Source: an uncultured Gemmatimonadaceae bacterium
GTDB taxonomy: Bacteria; Gemmatimonadota; Gemmatimonadetes; Gemmatimonadales; Gemmatimonadaceae
Assembly (NCBI GenBank): GCA_963822945.1
Contig: CAWGJO010000027.1
Span: 1 to 64,000 of the forward strand
DNA: 64,000 bases
Direction of reading: 5' to 3'
Every line of letters starts with the position of its first letter. Position 1 is the stretch's first letter. The notes beneath the pieces were generated by a model. It had not been told where the DNA came from and ran no database searches. It saw only the letters and a program-made list of their open reading frames with translations. Positions 50,226 through 59,026 of the stretch are shown here, in pieces. The translations under genes were made by a program, and so were the position numbers.

Positions 50226-51169
50226 CCGCCGCGTCCCCGTCCGGGTCCGCGCCCGCGGCCCCCGCGTCTTCCACGCCGCGATGGCTGGAGGCCGTCATGT
50301 ACCTCCTGCAGCGTGCCCGCGGCCACGCGGCCGGTGAAGCAGCCGAGCGTGTAGGGATACTCGCGCGTGAGGTGGTAGGCGTAGGCATACGTGCGCCCGT
50401 CCACCGTGACGCGTTCGGCGCGTCCGTGGCAGGCGTCGAGTTCGGCGTTGGTGATCCAGGCACCGGCGGCATCCTTCATCCCGAGAATCGGGAAGCCGTC
50501 CAGCGCCCATCCGACCACGCTGTCGGTGTGGACATGCGGAATGCACGGCGACGCGTTGTGGTAGTGGTACTGCGCGTTGGCCTGCGGATGGCCGTCGCAG
50601 TCGTCCTGCACCTCATGCGCGGCCGCATCGCGCCCCGCATCGTCGAGCGCGTTGTAGAACGCCACGCCGGACACGGTGAACCCGATCATCCCCATGGGGA
50701 GACACTCCGGTTCGGCGGCCACCGTGGGACTCGCGGGGATCTCGAAGTTCAGATGCTGGGGCGCGATATGGTTGGGGTTGGTATCGTAGCGATACGCGCT
50801 GTCGGTGGGTGCGATCGGGAACAGCCCGGTTGGCTCCTCGACGGGAAGCCCGTTGCCCTGGAAGCGCAGGTCCGTGCCCTGCCGAGTCAGCGTGAACGCG
50901 GCGTCCGGCCAGAACACGCGTCCCGAAACGTGGGGCTTCTCCAACGGGTTCCAGGTGTCGCCGTGGAACCAGGCACCCGCATGCCGCGCGCCGCCGGCGC
51001 GAAAGGTGGAGCGGCAGGAATACACATTGCCGACGGCGGGATGGTCTGTCACGTGGCCGTCGCCCAGCGGAAGGCTCTGCGCGTGCGCGGCGGGTGGAAC
51101 GACGGCAATCGTCATCGCGACGAACAGGACTCGGGCCCGGCGTCCCGGCCGGGGGAATGGTTCGTTCAT
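50222..51169 (-). CDS. Secreted YHYH-domain protein
   Basis: Signal peptide, GMIGFTVSGV, DDCDGH, YHYH, GWALDGFPI, LDACHG, YAYH, YPYTLGCF. Confidence 0.85.
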   Translation of the reverse strand: MNEPFPRPGRRARVLFVAMTIAVVPPAAHAQSLPLGDGHVTDHPAVGNVYSCRSTFRAGGARHAGAWFHGDTWNPLEKPHVSGRVFWPDAAFTLTRQGTDLRFQGNGLPVEEPTGLFPIAPTDSAYRYDTNPNHIAPQHLNFEIPASPTVAAEPECLPMGMIGFTVSGVAFYNALDDAGRDAAAHEVQDDCDGHPQANAQYHYHNASPCIPHVHTDSVVGWALDGFPILGMKDAAGAWITNAELDACHGRAERVTVDGRTYAYAYHLTREYPYTLGCFTGRVAAGTLQEVHDGLQPSRRGRRGGRGRGPGRGRGG

Positions 51170-51241
51170 GGCGTCGGAGGATGGAGTGGGAGGGCGCGCG
51201 CAAGCGTGGAGTATCCGGCAGACGCGATCCGAGGCGCCGCG

Positions 51242-51628
51242 TTAATGCGGTCTTCGGGTCGCGTCGAATTCGGCAACCAATCGCTTGGGCGCGACGAGGC
51301 GCCACGCATCTTCGAGGATCTGGGGAAGGTGCCGGCGTTCCACGACCGGGAGCCTGAGGAGCACGTACGGATAGTCACGGTAGTGCTCGGTGAGACACCA
51401 CAACTCCGGATTCGATCGAAGCACGTACTCCCGACTCACCAGATCCATGCGCAGCACGAGTGTCTCGCCGTCCTCCCGCAGGCGGGCAATCAGCTTGCCC
51501 CTGACCTTGAGCGCCGGGGTGCCGTACGAGGTCGCCTCGACCACGCCGGGAAGCAACTCCTGCGCGACGGCGCTCACGGTCTCGAACGTGACGCTGGAAT
51601 CAGCCGGCGGTCGCCGTCGAGCGGGCAT
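51242..51628 (-). CDS. MmcQ/YjbR family protein
   Basis: LPGVVEATSYGTPALKVRGKL, HYRDYPYVLLRL, AWRLVAPK. Confidence 0.85.
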   Translation of the reverse strand: MPARRRPPADSSVTFETVSAVAQELLPGVVEATSYGTPALKVRGKLIARLREDGETLVLRMDLVSREYVLRSNPELWCLTEHYRDYPYVLLRLPVVERRHLPQILEDAWRLVAPKRLVAEFDATRRPH

Positions 51629-52059
51629 CAGAGGAGCTTGGGCACGAACGCCTTCGTCGTGCGCACGTATTCGGCGTAGTCGGGAAAGCGCGCCTTCAGC
51701 AGCGCGTCCTCTTCGTGCACGCGCACGCGGAGCAGAAGGGTCAGTCCGATGCCGATGGCAAGATTCAACGCCGTGGGACGATCGGCGATGGCGGCCCAGA
51801 AGAAGAGAAACGCCGCCGAATACATCGGATGCCGGACGTACCGGTACGGGCCGCGCCGCATGAACGTCTCTCCGCCGGGCACCGGGCCCACGCGGAAGGT
51901 CTTGGCCGGGAAGGACGCCCGGGCCCACAGATTGAACGCCAGCGCCATCACCTGAAGGGCGAAGAACACCGGCGAACGCGCAATGAGCGATCCGGTGACT
52001 GCCATCGCGACGAGGGCTGCCACCAGCCCGATGGGCGCGAGGCGGGAGACGGTTTTCAT
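51628..52059 (-). CDS. Isoprenylcysteine carboxylmethyltransferase (ICMT/PEMT) family protein
   Basis: GPYRYVRHPMY, EEDALL..F..Y.EY...T..FVP. Confidence 0.88.
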   Translation of the reverse strand: MKTVSRLAPIGLVAALVAMAVTGSLIARSPVFFALQVMALAFNLWARASFPAKTFRVGPVPGGETFMRRGPYRYVRHPMYSAAFLFFWAAIADRPTALNLAIGIGLTLLLRVRVHEEDALLKARFPDYAEYVRTTKAFVPKLL

Positions 52060-52092
52060 GCGGTTGCGCTCCGATTGGGGGTTGGAACGGGG

Positions 52093-54600
52093 TCAGCCTC
52101 CGTGCGACTTCACCATGCGCACACCGAACACCGGCGCGATGCGGCCTCTCTCACCGGCGTCGAATTTCACCGTCACGCGCGTTCTGCCGTTCGTCGCCGC
52201 GGGTGGGACCGGATATCGCGCGTCGTAGAATCCCTTCGCAGCGGCGTCGGGGGTGAAGCTGGCCACCGCCGTATCGTCGACGAGGATCCGGAAGTCGCCT
52301 GTGGTCGGGGTGAGCCCGGGATCGTTGTAGTACGTGACCACCAGCGCCATGGCGGCCGACGGATCGACGGCCACGTTGTACGAGAACCACCCCGCCCCGC
52401 CGCGCGCCGTGCGTCCTTCGGTGCGTACCGTCTGCCGGGCCGGAGGCTCGCTGCGGTACGCGTACTTCGCGTCGTCGCCGCTGTTCCCAGGCCGCACGAA
52501 CGACACCGTGGCCGCTTCGAGTTGCCGTTGGCGCTCCGCGGCCGCGGCCAGATCGGCCACGCGCTCGTCGAATTCGGCTGGTGTCCAGAGGTCGAAGTAC
52601 ACGCTGTAATTGCGCTCGTAGGTCCGGTAGAAGGGCTTGAGTTCCAGATCGGCGGGCGGCGCCGGCTGCTCGGCCGCCCGCGCCACCGCGTGCGCCGTGA
52701 AGTTGCCGCGCGCCGCGGCGGGTTGCATCCACTCGTCGATCGGGCGGCCGGCCGCAACCAGCGCCGGCACCGGCTTGCGGTCGGTGTACGCCGCGCGCCC
52801 CTCCAGCCGCGGCCCGTGATCGGCCGCGAGCGCGAGCGGCCCCCACATGATCGCCGTGACCTTCGGATCGTCCGGCGTGAATTCGAAGCGCAGCGACTTC
52901 GGGAGCGCGAGCTCCACCGTGTCCCCCGACTGCCACGTGCGGGTGAGTTCCACGAAGGTGCTCGGCGGCAGCACGCGCGGATCCTGGCTCACCAGGCGCC
53001 CGCCGGCGCGGCCGGGCTGCAGGCTGGCGAGCGGGGGCTGGGGGACGTCGCGCCCGTTCACTTTCACGGCGAAGCCGTCGCCCGCCCAACTCGGCCGCCG
53101 GACGGCGAGCGTGAATGCCTTCGACGCCGGCATCGTGAGGGTGAGCGTGGCCTGATCGCCATCGGGGAAGCTCGTCTCCTGCGCCACCGCCACGCCGAGC
53201 CCGGGCACTCGCGCCGTGGACGGCGCGAAGATGTTCACGTACAACGTATCGGGGGTCTCGTAGTAGATGCCGTAGCCGTGCAGCGCATGGTTCTCCATGC
53301 CCGTGCCCACGCAGCAGGTGAAGTCGCGGTACATGTCCTGATATTCCTGCTGCTCGCCACGCCCGATGGGCACCATGTACGACATGTCGCCGTTGGTGGG
53401 ATCGATGGACGAGAGCGCGTGGTTGAACAGCGCGCGTTCCTGGAAGTCGGCGTAGAAGGGATCGGGCCGCAGCGCGAACAGCCGCCGCGTGAGCTTGAGC
53501 ATGTTGTACACGTTGCACGACTCGCAGGTGCGGCCGTCGATGCGCGTGCTCCACCGGTCGGCGGGGCCGAAGTACTCGGACAGTCCGTGCCCGCCGCTGG
53601 CGTAGGTGTGGTGCTGCACCACCGTGTCCCAGAAGAACGACGCCGCCAGCAGATCGCCCGCGTCGCCCGTGTAGCCGAACCGCTCCGCCGAGCCCACGAG
53701 TTTGGGGATCTGGCAGTTGCCGTGCTTGCCGTCGAGGTTGTCCTGCCCGCGCTTGAGCGCGTCGGTGAACGCGTGGTGCTCGAACCGGAGCGACAGCTTG
53801 AGCCAGCGCGCGTCGCCGGTGTCGGCCCACAGGTCGGCGAGCACCTCGTTCATGCCGCCCTGCTCGGTGTTGAGCATCTCGGCGAGCTGCGCCGCGTCGA
53901 GCGGCGCGAGGATGCCCTCCGCCCAGGCGGCGAACTTCGTCTCGACCTCGAGCGCCGTCGCGTTGCCGGTGTGGCGGTAGGCGTCGCGCAACCCGGCGAA
54001 CGTCTTGTGCACCGTGTACCAGGGCGACCAGAGCCCGTTGAGGTCGAACGGCTGCGACCGGATGATGCCGTCGTGCAGCTCACCGAACGCCTTGCGACCG
54101 TTCTCGAGCGCGCAGAGATAACCGTCGCCGTTCTTGTCCTGCACTTCCTTGAGGCCGGCCACGAGGTAGTCGGCGCGCTGCTTGAACCGGTCGTCACCCG
54201 TGGCCTGGTACATGAGGCTCACCGCCGACAGGTGATGTCCCGCGATGTGCCCGGTGAGGTTGCGGCCGCCACCGTCCCAGCCGGTGTACCCCGGCGCCTT
54301 GGGCGTGAGCCCGGCGCGAATGCGGTAGTAGGCGAGCATCCGGTCGGGATCGAGCGAGAGCAGGTACTTCATGTCCTGTTCCTGCGCGTTCTTCAGCGGG
54401 CCGCCGGTGAGCCGCACATCGGCCAGCGGCACCGGGCGCGCGCGGATCATCTTCTCCGGAATCACGCCGTTGGCGAGCGCGGTGCGCCGGGCCTCGGCGG
54501 TGAGCGTGCCGGCGGACGCAGTCCCGGGACGGATGCCAAGGCCGAGCGCCGCGGCGGCAGAAGCGGAGAGGGCGAGAAAATCGCGTCTGGACGAAGGCAT
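52093..54600 (-). CDS. Glycoside hydrolase family 127/146 (beta-L-arabinofuranosidase-like), Tat-exported
   Basis: SRRDFL Tat signal, GHIAGHHLSA, EQGGMNE, TCESCNVYNMLKL, FTCCVGTGMENH. Confidence 0.88.
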   Translation of the reverse strand: MPSSRRDFLALSASAAAALGLGIRPGTASAGTLTAEARRTALANGVIPEKMIRARPVPLADVRLTGGPLKNAQEQDMKYLLSLDPDRMLAYYRIRAGLTPKAPGYTGWDGGGRNLTGHIAGHHLSAVSLMYQATGDDRFKQRADYLVAGLKEVQDKNGDGYLCALENGRKAFGELHDGIIRSQPFDLNGLWSPWYTVHKTFAGLRDAYRHTGNATALEVETKFAAWAEGILAPLDAAQLAEMLNTEQGGMNEVLADLWADTGDARWLKLSLRFEHHAFTDALKRGQDNLDGKHGNCQIPKLVGSAERFGYTGDAGDLLAASFFWDTVVQHHTYASGGHGLSEYFGPADRWSTRIDGRTCESCNVYNMLKLTRRLFALRPDPFYADFQERALFNHALSSIDPTNGDMSYMVPIGRGEQQEYQDMYRDFTCCVGTGMENHALHGYGIYYETPDTLYVNIFAPSTARVPGLGVAVAQETSFPDGDQATLTLTMPASKAFTLAVRRPSWAGDGFAVKVNGRDVPQPPLASLQPGRAGGRLVSQDPRVLPPSTFVELTRTWQSGDTVELALPKSLRFEFTPDDPKVTAIMWGPLALAADHGPRLEGRAAYTDRKPVPALVAAGRPIDEWMQPAAARGNFTAHAVARAAEQPAPPADLELKPFYRTYERNYSVYFDLWTPAEFDERVADLAAAAERQRQLEAATVSFVRPGNSGDDAKYAYRSEPPARQTVRTEGRTARGGAGWFSYNVAVDPSAAMALVVTYYNDPGLTPTTGDFRILVDDTAVASFTPDAAAKGFYDARYPVPPAATNGRTRVTVKFDAGERGRIAPVFGVRMVKSHGG

Positions 54601-54723
54601 GGCGACCGCGGGGTGAGAGACTACGGTGGCGCCACCGACTCCGGCATGGCCGGCGTGCAGTGGCGCTCAATCATATCGACTCCCGCTGGGGGTCGCGAGC
54701 GGCGGCGCGCGACCCGCGGCACG

Positions 54724-55068
54724 TCACCCCGCCGCGGCCGCCGCGGCGGCGGCTGCCTCGCGGTGTTGCTGCTCGGCGATCGTCTCGTACGGCGTCGACG
54801 GTTCCGCGCGTTGGGTCGACGCCAGGCTCACCAACCCGAGCCCGAGTCCCTTCATGGGATTCTGCCAGATCGTGGCCCCGGTGCCCGGATCGAGGCGGAA
54901 GACCTCTCCCTGGCTCGCGGCGAACAGCGCCTCGCCGTCCCAGAGCACGCTCACGAAGCTCGAGCCCTTGAGTTTGGTGCGCCAGACTTCCCGGCCGTCG
55001 CGTGGATCCAGGGCGACCACGGAGTGTTTGATGCCCACGAAGAGCAGATCCTGCCGCAGACGAGTCAT
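54724..55068 (-). CDS. Small PQQ-binding-like repeat protein
   Basis: VVALDPRDGREVWRT and VFRLDPGTGATIWQN Trp-docking repeats. Confidence 0.75.
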   Translation of the reverse strand: MTRLRQDLLFVGIKHSVVALDPRDGREVWRTKLKGSSFVSVLWDGEALFAASQGEVFRLDPGTGATIWQNPMKGLGLGLVSLASTQRAEPSTPYETIAEQQHREAAAAAAAAAG

Positions 55069-55260
55069 GGGAGTTCCTCGCGCTCGTTTTGGGTCGTGGC
55101 CGCGTGGCCGTGAACCGACACCCCGCAATGTAGGGAGGAATGGCGGGGCCCACCCCGACCGGCCAATCCCGTGGAAGTCGAAATGGCCTATTGCATACAA
55201 TCATGTCGACATTATTTTGGGCCTGTCGGGTCGTCCCAGCGCTCCTCTTCGCCAACACCC

Positions 55261-57741
55261 ATGCTCTCTCCCACCTCGCTCCATCACGCCGCCCGCCGCC
55301 TGTTGCGCGCACCGGCATTCGCCGTCGCCGCCGTCATCACGCTCGCTCTGGGCATCGGCGGCACGATCGCCGTCTTCACCGTGGTCAACGGCGTACTCCT
55401 CCAGCCGCTCCCGTATCCTCACGCCGACCGGTTGGTGGACCTCTCGCACACGCTCGCACTCGCCGGCCTCACGCGCGTGGACCAGTCCGACGCCACGTTC
55501 CTGCTGTACCGCCGCGACAATCGCGTCTTCACCGACATGGGCGTGTACCGCGCCACCGCCGTCAACATGCGGGTGATGGGCGCCGCACCGGGCAGCGGTG
55601 CGACCGCGGAGCGCGTGTCGGCCGCGCGCGTGACGTCGAGCGTGTTCCGAGTGCTCGACGCAACCGCCGCGCGCGGGCGCGCCCTCACGGAAGCCGACGC
55701 GGCCCCCGGCGCACCGGCCGTGGTCGTCATCTCGCAGGGGCTGTGGCAGCGGGACTTCGGCGCCGAACCGGCCGCCGTCGGCCGCCACCTGTCCATCGAC
55801 GGCGTGGACCACGAGATCGTGGGCGTGATGCCCGCCCGGTTCACCTTTCCCAATGCGCAGGCGGCGTTCTGGGTTCCGCTGCAGTTCGATCCGGCCCACA
55901 CGAAGTCGGCGGCCTTCGACTACCGTGGCATCGCGCGCCTGCGCGACGGTGTGTCGCTCGCCATGGCAACGGCCGACCTGCAACGCCTGCTGCCGCAGGT
56001 GCCGGTGGCCTTTCCCGGACGCCTCACGGCCGCGGCGATACGCGTGATGCACATGACCGTGGCCGTGCGCCCGCTCCGCGACGTCATGGTGAGCGGGGTG
56101 TCGCGCATCTTGTGGATCGTGCTCGGGTCGGTGGGGGTGCTCCTGCTCATCGCGTGCGCCAACGTGGCCAATCTGTTCCTGGCCCGTGCCGAGGGACGCC
56201 AGCGCGAGTTCGCGGTCCGGCGAGCGCTCGGCGCGGGACGCGTGGCGTTGATCGACGACTGCGTGGCCGAAGCGGTGTTGCTCTCCGCGCTGGGCGGGCT
56301 GCTCGGCCTCGCGCTGGCGAACGCCGGTGTGGGGCTGCTCCTGCGTCTGCCGGTGAGCGTGAGCATTCCGCGCCTCGCCGAGGTGCGCGTGGATGGCGCC
56401 GTGGTGGGGTTCGCGTCGGGCGTGACGCTCCTCGCGGCCCTGGTGGTGAGCGCCATGCCCGCGCTCCGTGCGGGGCGCGTACCGCTCGCGGCGGTGCTCG
56501 CCGCGGAGGGGCGCACATCCACCGGCGGACGGCAGCGCGCTCGCCGGATGCTCGTGGTCTCGCAGGTAGCGCTGGCGTTGGTGCTCCTGGCCGGCGCCGG
56601 CTTGTTCGCGCGGAGCTTCCAGCGGCTCCGCGCCGTGAATCCCGGATTCGACGCCGACCGGGCGCTCTCCTTCCGCCTCGCGCTGCCTGCAGCCGAGTAT
56701 CCCCGCGCCCGCGACGCCGCGCGGACGCTGGTCGAAACACTGCATTCATTGCGCGCGCTGCCCGGCGTTCGGGACGCGGGCCTGGCCACCCGCCTGCCGC
56801 TGGATCAGGAAGCCGCGCAGGACAGCGCCGTGTTCATCGAGGACCATCCCACGCCGCCCGGCAAGATTCCCGGCATCCACCCGATGGTGTTCGCCACGCC
56901 GGGATACTTTGCCGCCATGAAGATTCCGGTGCTCGCCGGGCGGCTGTACGCACCACCCGACGCGTCGTCGGACCCCGCGCATTTGCCGCGCGAGGTGGTG
57001 GTCAGTGCGGCGTTCGCCGACCGCTACTGGAGCGCGGCAACGGCCGTCGGCAAGCGTATTCGCATGAATCCCGCCAGCCCCTGGTCCACCATCGTCGGGG
57101 TGGTCGGCAGCACGCGCGACGACGGGCTGGAGCGGCCGCCGGCGCAGACGGTATACAGTCCGCTCGTGACCAGCACGGCGAGTGGCGCGCCGTGGACGCC
57201 GCGCAACGTCGCGTTCGTGGTCCGCGCGGGCACGGACGCCAACGCCCTGGGAGCGGCGGTTCGCAACGCGGTGCGTACGACGGTGCCCGGCGTGCCGTCC
57301 TATCGCATGCTGCCGCTCGGCGAACTGTTGTCGGATGCCACATCGCGCACCACGTTCACGCTGCTGCTCATCGGGATCGCGGCACTGGTGGCAACCGCCG
57401 TCGGCGCGGCGGGCATCTACGGCGTGATTGCGTACCTGGTGGCACTCCGCACCCGCGAGATCGGCGTCCGCCTGGCACTCGGGGCGCGGCCGGCCGACGT
57501 GCGGCGCATGGTGGTGCGCCGGGCCGTGGGCGATGCCGCCAGCGGGGTGATCGCGGGACTGATCGGCGCCGTGGTCACCACCCGCGCCCTGGCGAGCCTG
57601 CTGTTCGGCGTGAGCCCCACCGATCCGGTGGCGCTGGCCGGCGCCGCGGCGGTGCTGCTGGTCACGGCGGTGGCCGCCAGTTGGCTGCCGGCGCGTCGCG
57701 CCGCACGGCTGGACCCGGCCATCGCGCTCCGAGGCGACTGA
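55261..57741 (+). CDS. Orphan ADOP-type duplicated ABC permease
   Basis: TLALGIGG, LLIACANVANLFL, RTREIGVRLALGA, PARRAARLDPAIALRGD. Confidence 0.92.
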   Translation: MLSPTSLHHAARRLLRAPAFAVAAVITLALGIGGTIAVFTVVNGVLLQPLPYPHADRLVDLSHTLALAGLTRVDQSDATFLLYRRDNRVFTDMGVYRATAVNMRVMGAAPGSGATAERVSAARVTSSVFRVLDATAARGRALTEADAAPGAPAVVVISQGLWQRDFGAEPAAVGRHLSIDGVDHEIVGVMPARFTFPNAQAAFWVPLQFDPAHTKSAAFDYRGIARLRDGVSLAMATADLQRLLPQVPVAFPGRLTAAAIRVMHMTVAVRPLRDVMVSGVSRILWIVLGSVGVLLLIACANVANLFLARAEGRQREFAVRRALGAGRVALIDDCVAEAVLLSALGGLLGLALANAGVGLLLRLPVSVSIPRLAEVRVDGAVVGFASGVTLLAALVVSAMPALRAGRVPLAAVLAAEGRTSTGGRQRARRMLVVSQVALALVLLAGAGLFARSFQRLRAVNPGFDADRALSFRLALPAAEYPRARDAARTLVETLHSLRALPGVRDAGLATRLPLDQEAAQDSAVFIEDHPTPPGKIPGIHPMVFATPGYFAAMKIPVLAGRLYAPPDASSDPAHLPREVVVSAAFADRYWSAATAVGKRIRMNPASPWSTIVGVVGSTRDDGLERPPAQTVYSPLVTSTASGAPWTPRNVAFVVRAGTDANALGAAVRNAVRTTVPGVPSYRMLPLGELLSDATSRTTFTLLLIGIAALVATAVGAAGIYGVIAYLVALRTREIGVRLALGARPADVRRMVVRRAVGDAASGVIAGLIGAVVTTRALASLLFGVSPTDPVALAGAAAVLLVTAVAASWLPARRAARLDPAIALRGD

Positions 57742-57753
57742 CCGCGCTGCGGG

Positions 57754-58140
57754 TCAGCCGCCGCCGCTACCCACCGGACGCACCGTCGTGCCGGCAGGCA
57801 TGAACACCTCTACCGAGACTTCGAACGACCGGCGCTCGTTGGGCTGCATGGCGCCCACGCCCACCACGTGGCGCGACACTTCCTGGCCGCGTTCGTCACG
57901 CACCGAGACCATGACCGAGTACTCCCACGGCTCGCCGACTTCCGGGTGCTGGATCGTTGCTTCCACGCGCAACGGGGAGACGGCGGCCGCCTCCGTCCCC
58001 GTCCCCGCCGTGGTGCGGGTGCCTACCCGCAGATGGTGGCGGCAGACGGGGCAAACCGTCGCACTCTCGAGAATCGTCTGCCGGCAGTGCGGGCAGACAC
58101 GGGTAGCACCGGGCGCGCCCTGACGCGCCGTGGTCATCAC
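57754..58140 (-). CDS. Hypothetical zinc-ribbon protein
   Basis: CPHC-x10-CPVC followed by a beta-rich domain; overlaps the bactofilin stop. Confidence 0.75.
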   Translation of the reverse strand: MMTTARQGAPGATRVCPHCRQTILESATVCPVCRHHLRVGTRTTAGTGTEAAAVSPLRVEATIQHPEVGEPWEYSVMVSVRDERGQEVSRHVVGVGAMQPNERRSFEVSVEVFMPAGTTVRPVGSGGG

Positions 58141-58678
58141 GCGGAGCCGCTCTCCATCCTCAATGTGGACTTCTTGGATGACGAATCCGCTTCATCGCCC
58201 CAGCCGAACTCCACCCGGCCGCGCATGCGCGAACCGGCCGCCACGGTGAGCGAGCCGGCCTTGAGATCGCCGGTAAGGACGCCGGTCTCGAGCAGCTCCA
58301 CGCGCGCCGCGCTGCTGATGTTGCCGTCCAACTCGCCGCCGACCGACACCGTCTCCGCCGTCACCCCACCGACCACCTTGGCGCCCGGCTCGATGGCCAG
58401 ATTGCCCTTCACGTTCACGTCGCCCTGAAAGCGTCCGGCAATCCGGATGTGGCCCGACCCCTCGATCTTGCCCTCGATGGTCAGCCCCGCGGTGAGCAGC
58501 GATTCCTTGAGGTTGGGGTCCGGTGCGTCGGCGCGGCGGTGCATACGCCGGTGACGAAGACGCGCCGGTGGCGCGGCGCGAGATCGAGCCGCTGATCCGG
58601 TTCGCGACGAGGCGACGGCTCGGCGGGCGTGGCGACGTCGTCCTTCTTGTGCGCGGTGGGTTCCTTCCAGATGGCCAT
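58137..58678 (-). CDS. Bactofilin (polymer-forming cytoskeletal protein), frameshift in the N-terminal linker (~58545-58600)
   Basis: ESLLTAGLTIEGKIEGSGHIRIAGRFQGDV...VGGELDGNI...G beta-helix; MAIWK start at 58678 lies in another frame. Confidence 0.82.
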
Positions 58679-59026
58679 GATACGGAGATCCTGGTGGGGG
58701 TGGGATGCGCGCGTCGGTGCGCGCGCGCGGTGGGGCGGTCGGAGGTCGTTACCCCACACGATTGGTCGAGTGCCCAACTGCCGATTCCGGGGGTCGGGCA
58801 CTCGACGCGTCCCGTCACCGGCATCTCCATGGCCGACGCACGCCGAGGGTCGGGACTTTACCCGATTCCGGACCTTATTGCTCGGCGTCGAGTATGGTTC
58901 GGCGATGTCCATGATCCGTTCAGGACCCGAGTCGGCAGGCGATTGGACGCTCCACGCGCTGCAGCGGCCACGGGGACCCACTGCCCGCGTTTCCGGGTCG
59001 TTCGGCGACGGCGCCTCGGGGTACGC

